33,880 nt of DNA from Catajapyx aquilonaris (lineage: Eukaryota): NCBI GenBank assembly GCA_000934665.2, contig JYFJ02004228.1, positions 1 to 33,880 on the forward strand, written 5' to 3'. The position numbers and the translations under genes are program-made. Shown one piece after another: positions 1 to 12,934 of this stretch. How positions within the stretch are numbered: the first letter of the stretch is position 1; each line of letters begins with the position of its first letter. The notes under the pieces are model-generated. The model did no database searches and had not been told where the DNA came from. It was given only the letters and a program-made list of their open reading frames with translations.

Positions 1-674
1 TTTAATTGTATTTACCTTGTCTGGAAGTCTAGTTTCAAATCCCACAAAATCCCAGAATTACCATAAGATACGAAGTCACGTGAGGTGGCCAATTAGCATA
101 ATATATTGGTGGATGCGCTGAATTTACGGAGATGGTTTAATTTGCTAGGTATTGTGGCATAAGGGTATTTCCTAGGGGAGACAAAGTGGCGCTGCGGAAA
201 CGTCGGGTTCGAACCCAGCCCGGGGTTCCCTCCTTCATCCCGTGCAGAGTTGGGTCGTCTCGGGTGGAATCTCCTCAGACTAATCCACCCGGGGGAGTTC
301 ACAAAATATACTGTTTGAGAATTGCACTTGCACCTTGCACATCCCCTCCCAGTCACCCTGCCCGTGGGCCCGGGCGCTACGTCAAAAAGGTTCCATCAAG
401 ACGAAATAAAGGTTCCCTCCCTGCGGTACGATGCAGGGAGGTAAATAGCTAAAAAAAGAGAGGCATTTCCATGGGAATGCAAATTGATTTATTGTTATTA
501 TTGTAAGCTAATTGTTGAGGCAGGAATATGCGTGTTGTGGGAGTTAGGTACTTTTTCGGAAGCTGAAACATGCGGCGTTAGATTCCTTGGAAAAAGTAAC
601 CCCCGAAATGCTAATTTAAGGCGGTGTAGGGGCCTTCCCCTGGATTTCTATAAGGGACAAACATCCAAACTAAC
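1..674. repeat. Dispersed repeat copy A (truncated by the window edge), same family as 21866-22547
   Basis: Colinear high-identity match by eye to 21866-22547 in the same orientation; the overlapping minus-strand ORFs 93..356 and 21901..22212 share PGWISLRRFHP and PYAT.PSKLNH. Confidence 0.9.
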
Positions 675-738
675 AATGAAGCTTCCTTATTTATAGAGAT
701 ATAAGAGATAAGAGATAGTTATAGCAATTGCAATAATT

Positions 739-987
739 GGGTGGAATTTTCGTCCCACTCCTAGTTACTGCTAACTTAGCAGCAATCACACGCACATCCC
801 CAACACTGGTACTGCTAACTTAGCAGCAATCACACGCACATCCCCAACACTGGTACTGCTAACTTAGCAGCAATCACACGCACATCCCCAACACTGGTAC
901 TGCTAACTTAGCAGCAATCACACGCACATCCCCAACACTGGCACTGCTAAGTTAGCAGTAACTAGCAGTGGGACAAAAATTCCACCC
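739..987. mobile_element. MITE with ~45-bp TIRs and four internal 44-bp tandem units
   Basis: TIR gggtggaattttcgtcccactcctagttactgctaacttagcag vs the right end with 2 mismatches; ATT on both flanks (736-738, 988-990); units start at 767, 811, 855, 899. Confidence 0.85.
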
Positions 988-1941
988 ATTGTCATTATTG
1001 ATGTACTGCACAAGAAGTGCCATCAGAGAGGCTGGACCTCCCATAGGATGAGTTGCATTATCGTAGCTCTCATTACCCCTCTCCTCCATCCACTTTCTCT
1101 ATCATAATTACTGGCTGCTAGAAGAAAAGGAGCTCATGTCTTTGATTCATCATTTGGTCATCACATTATCTTGACTATTCACTGAAGTTTCTGGGGGAGT
1201 GATACATACTGCTGGAAGAACATGCCATCTAATTGCCACAAATCCAAGTTATAGATTATTATTTTTTAATTTTTCTGTTCTGGGCTACAATGCTAATGAG
1301 GGAGCATCCCTATCTCGATGCCCTGTATGAAGAGAAGCACATTCCACTATGAAACAGGAAGTTAAGCTAACATATGCAATAGGGTGAGCAATCCAAGAAA
1401 TTGTCTGGTTGTAACACTAGCATTTCACCTGTGAGGGCTGTTCTTCAAGAAACCACCAATCATGTGTAACACATGCATCATACGCAGTCCATCATATGAA
1501 TCTAAATACAATCAGGAATCAGGCTTGTGTGTTTCACAACCTCCTATGTCATAGCCATGGATGGACAGATTGGTAGTGGTTAACTACTGAAAAATTAAGG
1601 CTTGAGTTCAAGACATATTGCTTAGATTGAGAACATTTGAAAGGATTGCATGAGGTGATATTTTCAGCTGACGCCTTGACAGAGCCTGTAGTTAAAATCA
1701 CTTAGTGAACCATATGCATAATCCTACCTGAGCCAATCTTCTCCTGCCCCCCATATGCATACTCGCACAACTTCTTGCGTAATTCCTGAATGCAAGTGCA
1801 TTGAACAATATATGAAGGTCACATTAATCATTATTTTTGAGCATTCCCTTGCCAGAATACCTTCCCACTTGCTTCCTTAATAAAAATAAGAGTTAGAATT
1901 TTTGACAGAAGAACTAAGGAGACCATTTCTTTCTTTGTCAG

Positions 1942-2249
1942 GTCTCTGGTACAGTACTCATCCCGACAACTCAGAGGAAAATGCTTCTCAGCCTTTCCAA
2001 TGGTCTCCTTCATGCTCCGATGAGCACCATCAAAAATTGAAAAAAACCTTTAGTTGTGATGTTTGTGGCAGAATAATGAATGATAGCAGTAATTTGAGGC
2101 AGCATAGGAAAGTCCACACTGGTGAAACAACATGCCCCATATGTAACATGGTTTTGAGTAGGGTAAATCGGTTGAAGGGTCATATGCAGAGGGTTCATGG
2201 CAAGAATTTAGATTTGTTCACACAGGGTGGACATGGGCAACAAATTTAG
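1942..2249 (+). CDS. ZF variant exon 1 (C2H2 pair, HTGETTC class)
   Basis: Acceptor tttctttctttgtcAG ends 1941, phase 1; CDVCGRIMNDSSNLRQHRKVH-TGETT-CPICNMVLSRVNRLKGHMQRVH; TAG stop. Confidence 0.88.
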
Positions 2250-3313
2250 AGGCTTCGTCTCAAATGATATACAATATCAGCTTAGTGGTCCAGTCTTTAG
2301 GACTGGTATTCCACTTCTGCAATCCCAGTTTCAATCTTTGGAGCGGCCAGATGAAGTTTTTGCGGGTGAAAGCGAGTTGCACAAATTTTCTATGTATTCA
2401 AGGACTTCTCAGAGTTCTGCTGTTTATTCTGGTGCAAAAATACAAGAGCACTGAAGTTCAAGCCAGACAGGATGATAACATGCTGCTTGTTTTATAACTT
2501 GGCTCACATCTGCATTGGCAGAATGTCGGATAATTATGCCCAAGGCTAGTTGGTTCCATGGAGGGAGGGAAAGAAAGGGTTGGGTGGGTTGCATAGGGGT
2601 GAAGGTGCCATCAGTGCAACTGAAATTGGGCAGGCAAAGAAGTACCATATTGACATAGGAGAGTCCCCAGCAATTCAACCAATGCGGAGGTGAGCTAAAT
2701 TATGAAGTACACTGTATATTATCATGGGTCACATCAAGTCAGAAAAGCGGGGTTAGAAAGTGTTATTGAGTGATGTCCATAATGACACCTGAAACAAACT
2801 GGTCTGAAGTGTATAGAATAAATCAAAAGTATATTATTTATCAAAATATGTAGCCTACTTGCATTTTGGCTAACTTTTGTCCATCTGTAATACTTATGGA
2901 AAAATTACTATAAAGTGCATGTTGAACGCCAGGTGAGGTACTCTATTCCAGGCATTTTAAAATTAACAGTGTTGTTAGTTTTCTTGTGTATGCTGCTGCT
3001 TGTTATTTTTTGAAATATTGAATTACATTTGCATTGCTGACACTTGCAAAGAAATATTATTGCCATCTGGTTCTTGACAAGCAGTCTTGTCAGTTTTATG
3101 TACTTTGTAAATAGTGAAGGAGAACATAAAATAGTGCATGCCAATAAAAATTGATGGGACATGAATGATGGTTATCTCTCCTTTCCTTCCAATCACACTG
3201 TTAGAGAAATGGCCATTGGAAGTTGTGTTAGTTAATGGATTGATAAATGACGAAGATTTCATTAATTTTGAAAAGCCACCTGAAAGACTGAGACCTTTTC
3301 TTTCCTTTGCCAG

Positions 3314-3714
3314 GGGTCTGGTACATAACTCATCAGGACGGCTCTGAGGAGGAAAACTCTTCTCAACCCTTCCAATGGCCCACTCCATATATAGATGACA
3401 ACCCGCCCAAAGTGAAAAAGACATTCACATGTGATGTATGTGGCAGGGTCATGAATGACAGTAGTAACTTGAGACAACATAGAAAGATGCACACAGGCGA
3501 GACAACATGTCCTGTGTGCCAAATGGTGTTGAGTAGAGTTAGCTGTCTGAAAGACCATGTGCAGAAGGTGCATGGGAAGCCCTTAGAATACTTTAAGCGG
3601 GGGCGCATGCAGCAGCATTCTAGAAATGCTAATCCATCTGCTGGGCGGAATAGAATGGGACGGTCTCACATGAAAGATGAATCGGGTGTTGCGAGGGCAT
3701 CGAGGCATACATAA
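3314..3714 (+). CDS. ZF variant exon 2 (close paralog of exon 1)
   Basis: Acceptor ttttctttcctttgccAG ends 3313, phase 1; CDVCGRVMNDSSNLRQHRKMH-TGETT-CPVCQMVLSRVSCLKDHVQKVH plus a basic tail. Confidence 0.88.
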
Positions 3715-6267
3715 AAGGGTGTTTTTTTTTTTGAGGATTTGGTCACTGTATTAGTTTCATGTACCCTTTTTTTTACTGCTATCAACCAGTCCTAACCAAG
3801 GCTTGATTTACTGCTACACAGGGAAGGCATTAAGTGCTAGTGCTCGCATGGTTCTGGTTCTGGCACACCACAATTACAGTCCCATCACAAAAAAATTCAC
3901 TGCATCATTTAAAATTGTAAATATTCAGGGCAGCTTGAAGCTACCAGCAGAGCAATCTGTCTGAACTTGTCACTTGACACTGACATCCCTCTTTATCAGT
4001 AAGCTGGCCTTTTCACTGCATTTTCACAGTGACTGACGTTTCTGTTGGGGTTTGCCAAGTTGAGGAAGATGGGAGTGACTATGGATAAATATTATTCTAC
4101 CTTGACTATCTGTTTACATGGGGCAGAGTAGTAGCTGCAAAAGAATGATGATGTGTGTTCGGGTTTTTCCTTTAATGAAAGTGTTAGGTCATGGCACCTT
4201 CATGCCTCTGGCAACATTATAACTGGAATTGTTTTTGTGACGAAATTGTAAGCAGTTTCTGATTGATAACCACATGTTATCGTTGAAGCAGTTTCCACCT
4301 GTAACAAATCAGTCCTGTAATATATACAGCGGACGATAAAAGAGATAACGGGATGTGTTTGCTGGAAGTGACATGATGCACTGTGTGTGAACATTCACCA
4401 AAACTTTTCTCCCAAAACTGTTGCTAACTGGGAGAAACTCAATGCAATGCAACATCTGAGAAATGTTATATCCAGGGAACATTTATATAATCTGCTTATG
4501 AATGGACCATGGTCTTAGAAGAATAGGTCGTGACACTCGCCACCATCTTGCATGCCATTAACCCTTCCCACATTGGCTCTGTATACCTGCAATGGAATCA
4601 CACTCTGGAACATACTACTATACTACTCACCGGATCTGGTGGCCATCGTGGTATAGCACTATAGGCAGTAATCGGTGGGGGAATCGTCTCGTGCTTAGGA
4701 TCACATGGTCAGGATATGTTTGGGACTATTCCCCTATCAATTACTGCCAATAGTGCTGTACCAAGATGGCTGCAGGCGCAAGGATAAGGCGGATATGTGA
4801 ATATAACACTAGCACCAATGTGGGAAGGGGTAACGGCATAGCTTTTTCTAGTGGGCTGGGATAGAAGTGTCCAAGGGCTGGAATGGATGTTACTCAAAAA
4901 TGTCCTGAGCAGGAAATGTACAATTGCCATTTTAAGAATAATTACCTATGATGCTCGTAAGAATTAAGTATAGCACTGTATCATATAAATCAGTCCATGG
5001 TCGTTATTTGTGCATAAGACGTGTGTTTGCAGTAAATGTTGCTGTTGAAAATAAGTTATCGTACTGGAAAAACTATTTGAAAGAGTTGTGGTGCTGAATT
5101 TTACTGAAGTACCCACATAACAGGTGCAAGAGCTGGCAGAAAAGTAGTCAGTGAATTTGTATTTTACAAGTCCATGACTGTGTTTAAATCTGGGCTTGCA
5201 GTTTCGTTCAAAGTTAGGGGGAATTCAAGTATTTTAACACCAATTGTGTTCACCAGCTCAAGCTTAATTAGGTACCTACTATGGTTGAAAGGTTAACTGA
5301 AAATGTGGTAGGGCCTCACACCTGTTTTTATTCAAGACTGGCATTTATAGGAATGATGTCATAATCATGTAAAGGTACTGATGGGACTTCGTAGCCGGAT
5401 TTATATGGCCCACTGACAGATAAGTTATGCTGCTTTGTTTTGTGGATGCTTAGTGGAGGACAGAATTTGTGGTCCATACCTGAACCTGAAATTATAGTAG
5501 GTGTAATGAAATTGACATTCTTTATCTCTTGCATTGGAAAATTTTGAATGGACCATTGGCAGCAGACACTTTTACAGTATTAAGTAGTTGGTCACAACAG
5601 CATGTCAAATGTGGCCAGTTTTTCTTATCCATGTTTTAAAGTGATTTATGTGTATTCCATGTCAGGTCAAAATGATTTTGCCTTCTGTGTAAATGGCATA
5701 GAGAATTTAATACGTGTCTTCCTTCAATTGTGTGCAATGTACCAGGTCTTTGTCATGTACAGTGAAGATGTACACATAAAGACATAAAATTTACCAAAAA
5801 TATACTGTCATGTAACTTAATGACTTGAAATGTCACCCATCCATCCATTGCATTGGGCTCTATCCAAACATATTTGCTCTGTGAAAATGAGGGGTGGTCC
5901 CAAGTTAGCCTGCTGTACCGTGACACTACGGGAATGGATTGCGACTGAATGTGCTGCAACACTATGCTTTTGGTTCACCTCTGTTCTACTACCCTGGCTC
6001 AAATGGTGAAGACATGGTCCCCCGGTCCTGTACCAGCCCACCACCGAGTGGTATCACCATAGCACAAGTCACAGTTGAAATCACTGATTTACTGCACTAG
6101 AAAAGCATTGCAGTAACAATGATCTTTTTGAGAAGGAGTAAATCTAGAGTTGTGTGCCAAGAGTAACCTCCATTAATGTGGAATTGGCCTGTGCATTCAT
6201 GGTGTAACATACTCTGATTCTCCCCTACAAGTATGAAGGCCTAAGGGACTGTATTTTTTCTTGGCAG

Positions 6268-6539
6268 GTCCGCTGTATAGAATCCGGCAGGTCACCTCTA
6301 TGGAAAATGTCCCTCTGCCATTCCTGAGGACTCCCACATATTCTCATAAGCTCCTTTCAGATACTAATGCCAAGACTTTTGTATGTGATATGTGTGGCAA
6401 AGTGGCTCACAGTTTGGGTGGTTTGTACCATCACAAAAAGGTTCACACAGGTGAAACAACATGCCCAATATGTCATAAAGTTCTCAGTACAGTTAGTAAT
6501 CTTAAGGTGCATATTCAGTATGTTCATGACAGTAAATAG
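6268..6539 (+). CDS. ZF variant exon 3
   Basis: Acceptor ttttttcttggcAG ends 6267, phase 1; CDMCGKVAHSLGGLYHHKKVH-TGETT-CPICHKVLSTVSNLKVHIQYVH. Confidence 0.88.
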
Positions 6540-6909
6540 AGAAGGTAAACATATATGGGAAGGGTAACTGGAGCTATATCTATGATGAGGTGAGGATTAA
6601 CCTACATTTAAGAATGCAAGAGAGAAAATTGAAGCAGTTTTATTTTGAAGTTGACCAACGTGTGTTGCATGAAGGGATGAATTTCAGCATAGCAGAAATA
6701 TCTTTGTTACCTGAACTTCCATCTGCAGAATAATTTTTTTTGTGCTGTTCTCAAAAACTACAAGATTCCATGCTTGAGACATTTTGATATGGGATAGATT
6801 GGTTGTAACTTCCAATACCGGTACTTTCACTGGTTATGCCCATAAAATCATGAATAATGACCCTGTAGGGATGAAATCAGACAGTTCAGGAAATTATTAT
6901 TTTCTTCAG

Positions 6910-7184
6910 GTACCCAGTGCAGTGTGCTGTATGACAGCTGAATGGGGAATGTTCCTCAACCTCTCTTCCAAATTTCTTCACTTAACTCTAATTGTAAGTC
7001 ACGGACTTCCAACACTCCTGTTTGCGATGTGTGTGGTAAAAGAGCAGGAAATTTTTCTAGCTTAGATCACCATGAAAATGTTCATTCAAGTGAAACATGC
7101 CCAATACATCATGAAGTGCTTAGTACAGTTAATAATCTGCGAGTGCACATCTGCTATGTGCTTGAGAGTAAATTATGGGGGTAA
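6910..7184 (+). pseudogene. Decayed ZF variant exon 4 (pseudo-exon, paralog of exon 5)
   Basis: Acceptor tttcttcAG ends 6909; in-frame TGA at 6939-6941 where exon 5 has TCA; one linker codon lost; finger 2 has its second Cys changed to His and its last His changed to Leu. Confidence 0.85.
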
Positions 7185-7572
7185 ATTTGAGGGTGGGACA
7201 GGTGTGTATCTTTAGTGAGGTGAAACATGACCTTGAATAAAAGCAACGAAAAAATGGCGAAGCGTGTCTTTTTACTTGCATTGACACTACAGACTGTTCC
7301 TGTCTGTGTGGTTTATAAATCGAATCTGTGCCACCAAGACTTTTTAATTCATTTTTAAAAGGGGGAGGGTGGAGGGTTGTAGTTTTAGGGGCCAAACTTG
7401 GATGATGACTGCTGTATTTCCAAAGACCAACAAAGTCATCTATTTTGTAGAATTGGACAATAGGCCTATGCAGTACCAATTGTAACCCATTAACTGATTA
7501 AGGACATAACACATGAATGAAACGGTAATAGGGAAGGAGTAAGAGAGCTAAGGAATTTATTTTTCTTGGCAG

Positions 7573-7877
7573 GTCCCCAGTGTAGTATGCTGCAAGACAA
7601 CTCAATGGGAAATGTTCCTCGACCATTCTTCCGTGCTTCTTCACTTAACATTAATCGCCAATCGCAGAATCCCAAATCCCCTATTTGTGATGTGTGTGGC
7701 AAAAGAGCAGGCAATTCTTCTAGCTTAGCTCATCATAAAAAAGTGCATACAGGCGAAACAACATGCCCAGTGTGTCATAAAGTTCTTAGTACTGTAGGAA
7801 ATCTCAAGGCTCACATGGTGAGTGTTCATGAGAGTACATACCGTTCCCAACTGTCCATTACTCCTTGGAAGCAATGA
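7573..7877 (+). CDS. ZF variant exon 5
   Basis: Acceptor tttttcttggcAG ends 7572, phase 1; CDVCGKRAGNSSSLAHHKKVH-TGETT-CPVCHKVLSTVGNLKAHMVSVH. Confidence 0.88.
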
Positions 7878-8810
7878 GGAAGGTGTACCTGTATGTGTTA
7901 CCATGTGGTGGACTTTCAATGACATAGCAGCTTTTATATCTGTAATCCATCTTTATTGATACTTTGAACAAGCTGCAGTAAATAGTACCCTTGAACTGTA
8001 CATGCAAAGATGCAATGTGAATGACGTGACTGAGTGCTAGAAGGATTTTTGTTTTCTGCCAGGCAGGGGAAGTCCAGTATATTGATCAAGACATGGGTCT
8101 CCCATGTGGATTTCAGAATGTTCCTGTCTCCAACCTACAGCAAATACAGTCTCTCTTTAAAACCTTGTTCATTACTTTTAAATTTAAATTTAAATTATTA
8201 TTTTTTCCCACCAAGCATGAGCAGGCTGGTGAATAATTAATGGCATCACTGGTTGATGGCATTTTAAAAAGGTTTATAAAAGTGTCAAATGTATGTCACC
8301 TTGCCAGATCATGTACTACATGAGACATGTTGAACTTGACAGTTGTCATAAGTGAAACTTATTCTTATGATTGTCTGCAAAGGATTGTTGTTGAAAAACA
8401 GAGTTCCATGGGAAGGTTCATCACATGGACTCAGGTTCAAGCTAATCTGAAGTCCTAAAGGCAGCTACTTTTTATGTGTGATACCCTAACCTTGAGAATC
8501 TGTAGTAAATGACTCACTAGTTACACATCCTTCCCCTTTACTTCAACACTTTCAAGTGCCAATCTGTGATACTAGGGTGCCCTTCCAGGAATTGATTCAT
8601 GTTGTCAGATTGTGCAGTTTTACACCTGAAGAGTGTATTGCTGCTTTTACCTTTTAGTGAATTTTGCAAAGCAGCATCTTCAAGTTGTGTAATTTGTAAT
8701 AAAGCATGTTCAGATTGAGGTCAAAAAGATTTTCAATTGCATCTCTAGATATCAAGGGGTACCAAATATATCATTTTGAATAATTATGTTGATATGTTGT
8801 CAGCTGTCGA

Positions 8811-8890
8811 CAGGTACACAATCCTCTACCGGAAACCCTTGGGACCAGACATGTTTCGGAATTCGGAATTTTGCAGATTTTGGAGTGATA
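8811..8890. mobile_element. Fragment resembling a pogo/Tigger-type transposon end
   Basis: caggtacacaatcctctaccggaaacccttgggaccagacatgtttcggaattcggaatttt recalls Tigger/MER46-type termini from memory; partner end not found. Confidence 0.4.
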
Positions 8891-9776
8891 TAGTCGTGGA
8901 CAACTGAGAATGCAATTCTGTAACCTCTCACTTTGCACTTCAGTTACCAGCTGGTAATAGCAATATTTTTGAAAGGAATTCATTACAAAACACTTGCTTA
9001 TAGGAGTACAATAAATATATACCTGAATAATATTTCCATTGACGGGGGTATGTTTTTGATGGGTATTGTTCACTTCACATTGTGTCTGTGACTTGGAGGG
9101 TGCAAGGGAAGGGGACTATGTCTTCCTGCAACAAAAGACGGAATCAGTGTCAGTACTTGATCAAGGATATTTATTGTTTTGAAGTGGGGAGACGACGGGA
9201 GAGGGATGGAGCTTCTGGACAAAAGTGGGAGGTTCTAGAAGTGCATTCTCGATATCAATAGATTATAATCCAGTATGAACATGCTGTATATCCACATACT
9301 ATCCCAGGAATATGTTAATCACTCAAATTTAAATGTCTGTGTGTACAGTCGCGAGCAGAAATATGTGGATGGTAGACCAGAGCTCTTCCTCTTCCTATCC
9401 AAGAGCAGTATAACTTTGCAACCTGCATTTCTTTAAAATTCATAAAGGCATAGAGGCATCCCAAGTATTAAAGCTTCATCTGCAGAGAAAAGCTTGGTTA
9501 GCGAGAGAAATACGGGGTTGTGTTTGAGAAAAATGGTGGAAAGTGGTGAACAAAAATAGTAAACTCAACTGACATAGGCACCTGAGGAGTTGCTTGCCAC
9601 AATAACTAGATCAATCTAGGTACAAGTGCTTGAAACATTCAGATGTGTTATCAAAAGGTCTGCCTGTGAATTACAATTATTATGTGCCCTACTAACAGTG
9701 GGTATTTTGTTCAAACGAATGCCTCATGTGACATTAACTATTGAGAGGGCCTAAGGATTGTTATTTACTGTTGCAG

Positions 9777-10078
9777 GTTACCTGTGTACTTTCGAGCAGG
9801 ACAACTCAATGGAAAATGATCCCTCACCATTCTCAAGTGTTTCTTCGCATACTGAGAATACTGCAGTAGATAAAAGGGCTAATGTTTGCAATATTTGTGG
9901 CAAAGAGGCGAGCACTGCACGTGGTTTGGCTTCACACAAAAAGGTTCACACAGGAGAAACAACATGCCATCTCTGCCACAAAGTACTCAGTACAGTTTTT
10001 AACCTGAAGGTTCATTTGCAAGGTGTACATGGCATGCCATTTCCTACAACGCAGTCAGTAAATGCTTATAAAAAGTAG
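9777..10078 (+). CDS. ZF variant exon 6
   Basis: Acceptor tttactgttgcAG ends 9776, phase 1; CNICGKEASTARGLASHKKVH-TGETT-CHLCHKVLSTVFNLKVHLQGVH. Confidence 0.88.
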
Positions 10079-10227
10079 GTGCCAGTGGGAGAAAGCGAGG
10101 ACAGGACAATTATTGTTGATATTATGTAATGACTGCAACATTACTCAGGGCTGATTGAGAAGCTTTTGTGCAGAAAAATCAGAGGCAGAATTGGGTAGCC
10201 TAAGGAGATGGTTTCTTTCCTTGTCAG

Positions 10228-10523
10228 GTTTCTGGTGTAGTAGCCTTCAGGGCTTCGATTCAGTCAGCTCCATGGATATCACACCAGAATCCATTCCGGT
10301 ACCACCTACCGAATGGCATGCTTCAGACTCACAAGACCTACAGCCCAAATCCAAGAAGACTTTTGAGTGTAATGTGTGTGGAAAATTAGTCAATCACAGC
10401 AGCACTTTGAGTCATCACAAGAAGGTTCACACAGGTGAAACTCAGTGCCCATTGTGCCAGACAGTATTTAGTCGAACAAGCTACCTAAAGGTCCACTTGC
10501 AGAAGGCTCATGGACAACCGTGA
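10228..10523 (+). CDS. ZF variant exon 7
   Basis: Acceptor tttctttccttgtcAG ends 10227, phase 1; CNVCGKLVNHSSTLSHHKKVH-TGETQ-CPLCQTVFSRTSYLKVHLQKAH. Confidence 0.88.
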
Positions 10524-10989
10524 TTATAAGTGCAACTGTACTGTTCAATATTGGGTGGGGATTGTTATTAAAACTACAGCTCTTGCATTGCTGCAAACCA
10601 CCAGGGAAAGAGGTCATGAACTGGCTACCATGTGTGCATTGTGAACTCTGTTCTGGTCAGTAATAAAAGTTAATTCAGGCAAGCAAGCAATATTTTCGAG
10701 TGTTCACATCAGAAATGCCTGATTTTTTAGAACTCTCAGCCGCTGTTACAGATTGTGCTTTACAGATTCTGTACTGATTTAATTGCTATTTTAAGGTAAT
10801 CAATCCTTATTATTATAGTATGAGGCTTATATGCGATTGTAGTAAAGACATTTCATTTGGAGTTGCATATCATTGAACACTGACTTAACGCACTTTGATG
10901 ACATTCTCCATTAAGTATTACTATTTCTTGAAATTTATCAGACGTGAAGTGTTGAATAGTTATTGGAAGCCCACTTTCTTCTTTGTCAG

Positions 10990-11264
10990 GTCTCTGGGAA
11001 AGTGGAAGTTCAGTGAACTCATTGAGCAGTGCATCTCAACATTTTGAGTGGCCTGCTCCAGGTTTGGAGGATCAGCAACCACATCCAAAGAAGACATATA
11101 CATGCAGTGTCTGTGGCAAAGTAGTGAGTCATAAAAAAAGTCTTGGGATGCATATGAAAGTGCACACAGGAGAAACAACATGCCCAGTGTGTCACAATGT
11201 GTACAATAGAAAACATTACATGAGATTGCATCTGAAAAAAGACCATGGAATTACAAATTGGTAG
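10990..11264 (+). CDS. ZF variant exon 8
   Basis: Acceptor ctttcttctttgtcAG ends 10989, phase 1; CSVCGKVVSHKKSLGMHMKVH-TGETT-CPVCHNVYNRKHYMRLHLKKDH. Confidence 0.88.
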
Positions 11265-11544
11265 TATGAGTTATATTTTCATCCCAAAGATTCTGAGGTA
11301 AATATTACTGTCGTGCTCATATTTTATATTCTGAAATGTTATCTAATACTATAAGATTGTAAGCTGTATGGTGTGTATTGACATGGGTCATTAAAACATA
11401 ATTGAAAACACTGGTGTAATCGTTTATCAACATGCAAGTGATCGGAAGAATTTTAATTACTGAGAAGTTTGGCCATTGGATGCTGGTTTCAGTCTACTGA
11501 CATTAAAATTTTTAGACTCCTTAGAAATTTTCTTTCCTTGTCAG

Positions 11545-11810
11545 GTGATTGGGGCAATACCCTTCCTGGCTGCTCAATGGATAGCTCCTACCAGGAGTAC
11601 CAATGGCCACCTTCGAATACTGATGACCAACGGTCATTCAAGAGGACTGTTTCCTGTGATGTGTGTGGAAAAGTATTGAGCCATGATACATTGAGACATC
11701 ATAGAAAGGTTCACACGGGTGAAACGAAGTGCATTATTTGCCACCGTGTCTTCAGTCGGGTTTTTCACTTGAAAAAACATATGGAACGATTTCACTCAGA
11801 GAAAAAGTAG
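11545..11810 (+). CDS. ZF variant exon 9
   Basis: Acceptor ttttctttccttgtcAG ends 11544, phase 1; CDVCGKVLSHDTLRHHRKVH (C-x2-C-x11-H)-TGETK-CIICHRVFSRVFHLKKHMERFH; AATAAA at 11814. Confidence 0.87.
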
Positions 11811-12433
11811 GCAAATAAAACGTGATCAGAACAACTATATCTGCTAGCAGTGAGCAGTGACGAAACAGATGCGTGAGAGGCCTCACTACAAGACAGCTTA
11901 GAAATTAGATAAAGGAGTAGTTGCTTGCAGAGAACATTTGCTAGTGCTGTTGGAAATTCATGTCTACTGTTCTTGAGTAATTGAATGATTTTGTATATTT
12001 GTAGGAGAGTTCAAAATATCCCTTTGTCATAACAAGTGACATTAAAGCGCCATTTTTATTGTGGACTAGTTATTTGGTGCCATCGACACATAATACTTTT
12101 ACTTTGCCATTTACGTACCGGTGTATATTAAGGCAGTCAAGATTTGGACAGGGGATTTTTTGAACATTTAAAAATCGTCCCAAAGTATTGTTGGGTCACA
12201 TCATCTCAGCATGTCCACCTAATCATGTACCACTTTTATGGGGAAGACTTCATGGCAGCAAAAATAAAATTTAATGGAGAACAAAATAATGATCTCAGAA
12301 TACATCAAATTGGAGTTTTGATGGTGCATGATATGCTTATTCTTTCAGAAATGAAAAATTGTTGTACACTCAATGTTAACAGGCACATATTTTCAAAGCA
12401 ACAGGCTAAGGTGGCCTCTTCTCTCTTTGTCAG

Positions 12434-12711
12434 GTTACTGGGATGATACCCTTCAGTGCAGCTCAGTGGAATATCCGTGTGATGTTTACCAATGGCCTTC
12501 TTCAAATATTGTTGCACATGCACAACCCTCTTTATCAAAGAAGACATTCACATGTGATGTGTGTGGAAAAACAATGGGTGATACTAGTAATATGAGGCAG
12601 CACAAAAAAATGCATGCTGGTAAAAGCAAATGCCCTCTGTGCAATTTGGTGTTGTGCAGACCAAGTGGCATTAAAAGGCACATGCAACAAGTGCATGGAA
12701 AATTCTCTTGA
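12434..12711 (+). CDS. ZF variant exon 10
   Basis: Acceptor ctcttctctctttgtcAG ends 12433, phase 1; CDVCGKTMGDTSNMRQHKKMH-AGKSK-CPLCNLVLCRPSGIKRHMQQVH; AATAAA at 12781. Confidence 0.88.
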
Positions 12712-12934
12712 ACATTGAAAATGGAGTAGGTCTACTACTAAAGAACACTGCAACTGTCAGCACTATCAGTTTACAGGTTAAATAAATATAGTGATAAAAT
12801 ACTCTATGATGGAATGCTCGTGTTTGAAAATGAAGCGCAAGAGTGAGTTACTCTGTTAGGCCTTTTACTGGGGTGTTTGCAATTTGCTTACTTCTGAGAA
12901 ACGATGTTAAGGAGTCCTGTTTTTTCCTTGCCAG

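Noticed and set aside
93..696. ORFs within the dispersed repeat (also 21796-22212)
   Set aside because: The frames are not preserved between the two copies because of indels, and no transposase motifs are present.
767..942. 44-bp repeats as a CRISPR array
   Set aside because: The units are contiguous with no unique spacers, sit inside TIRs and are in eukaryotic DNA.
8034..8240. Acceptor-like site ending 8062 as a relic cassette
   Set aside because: The phase-1 frame stops after 7 codons, no finger remnant is visible and similarity to exon 5 is too weak.
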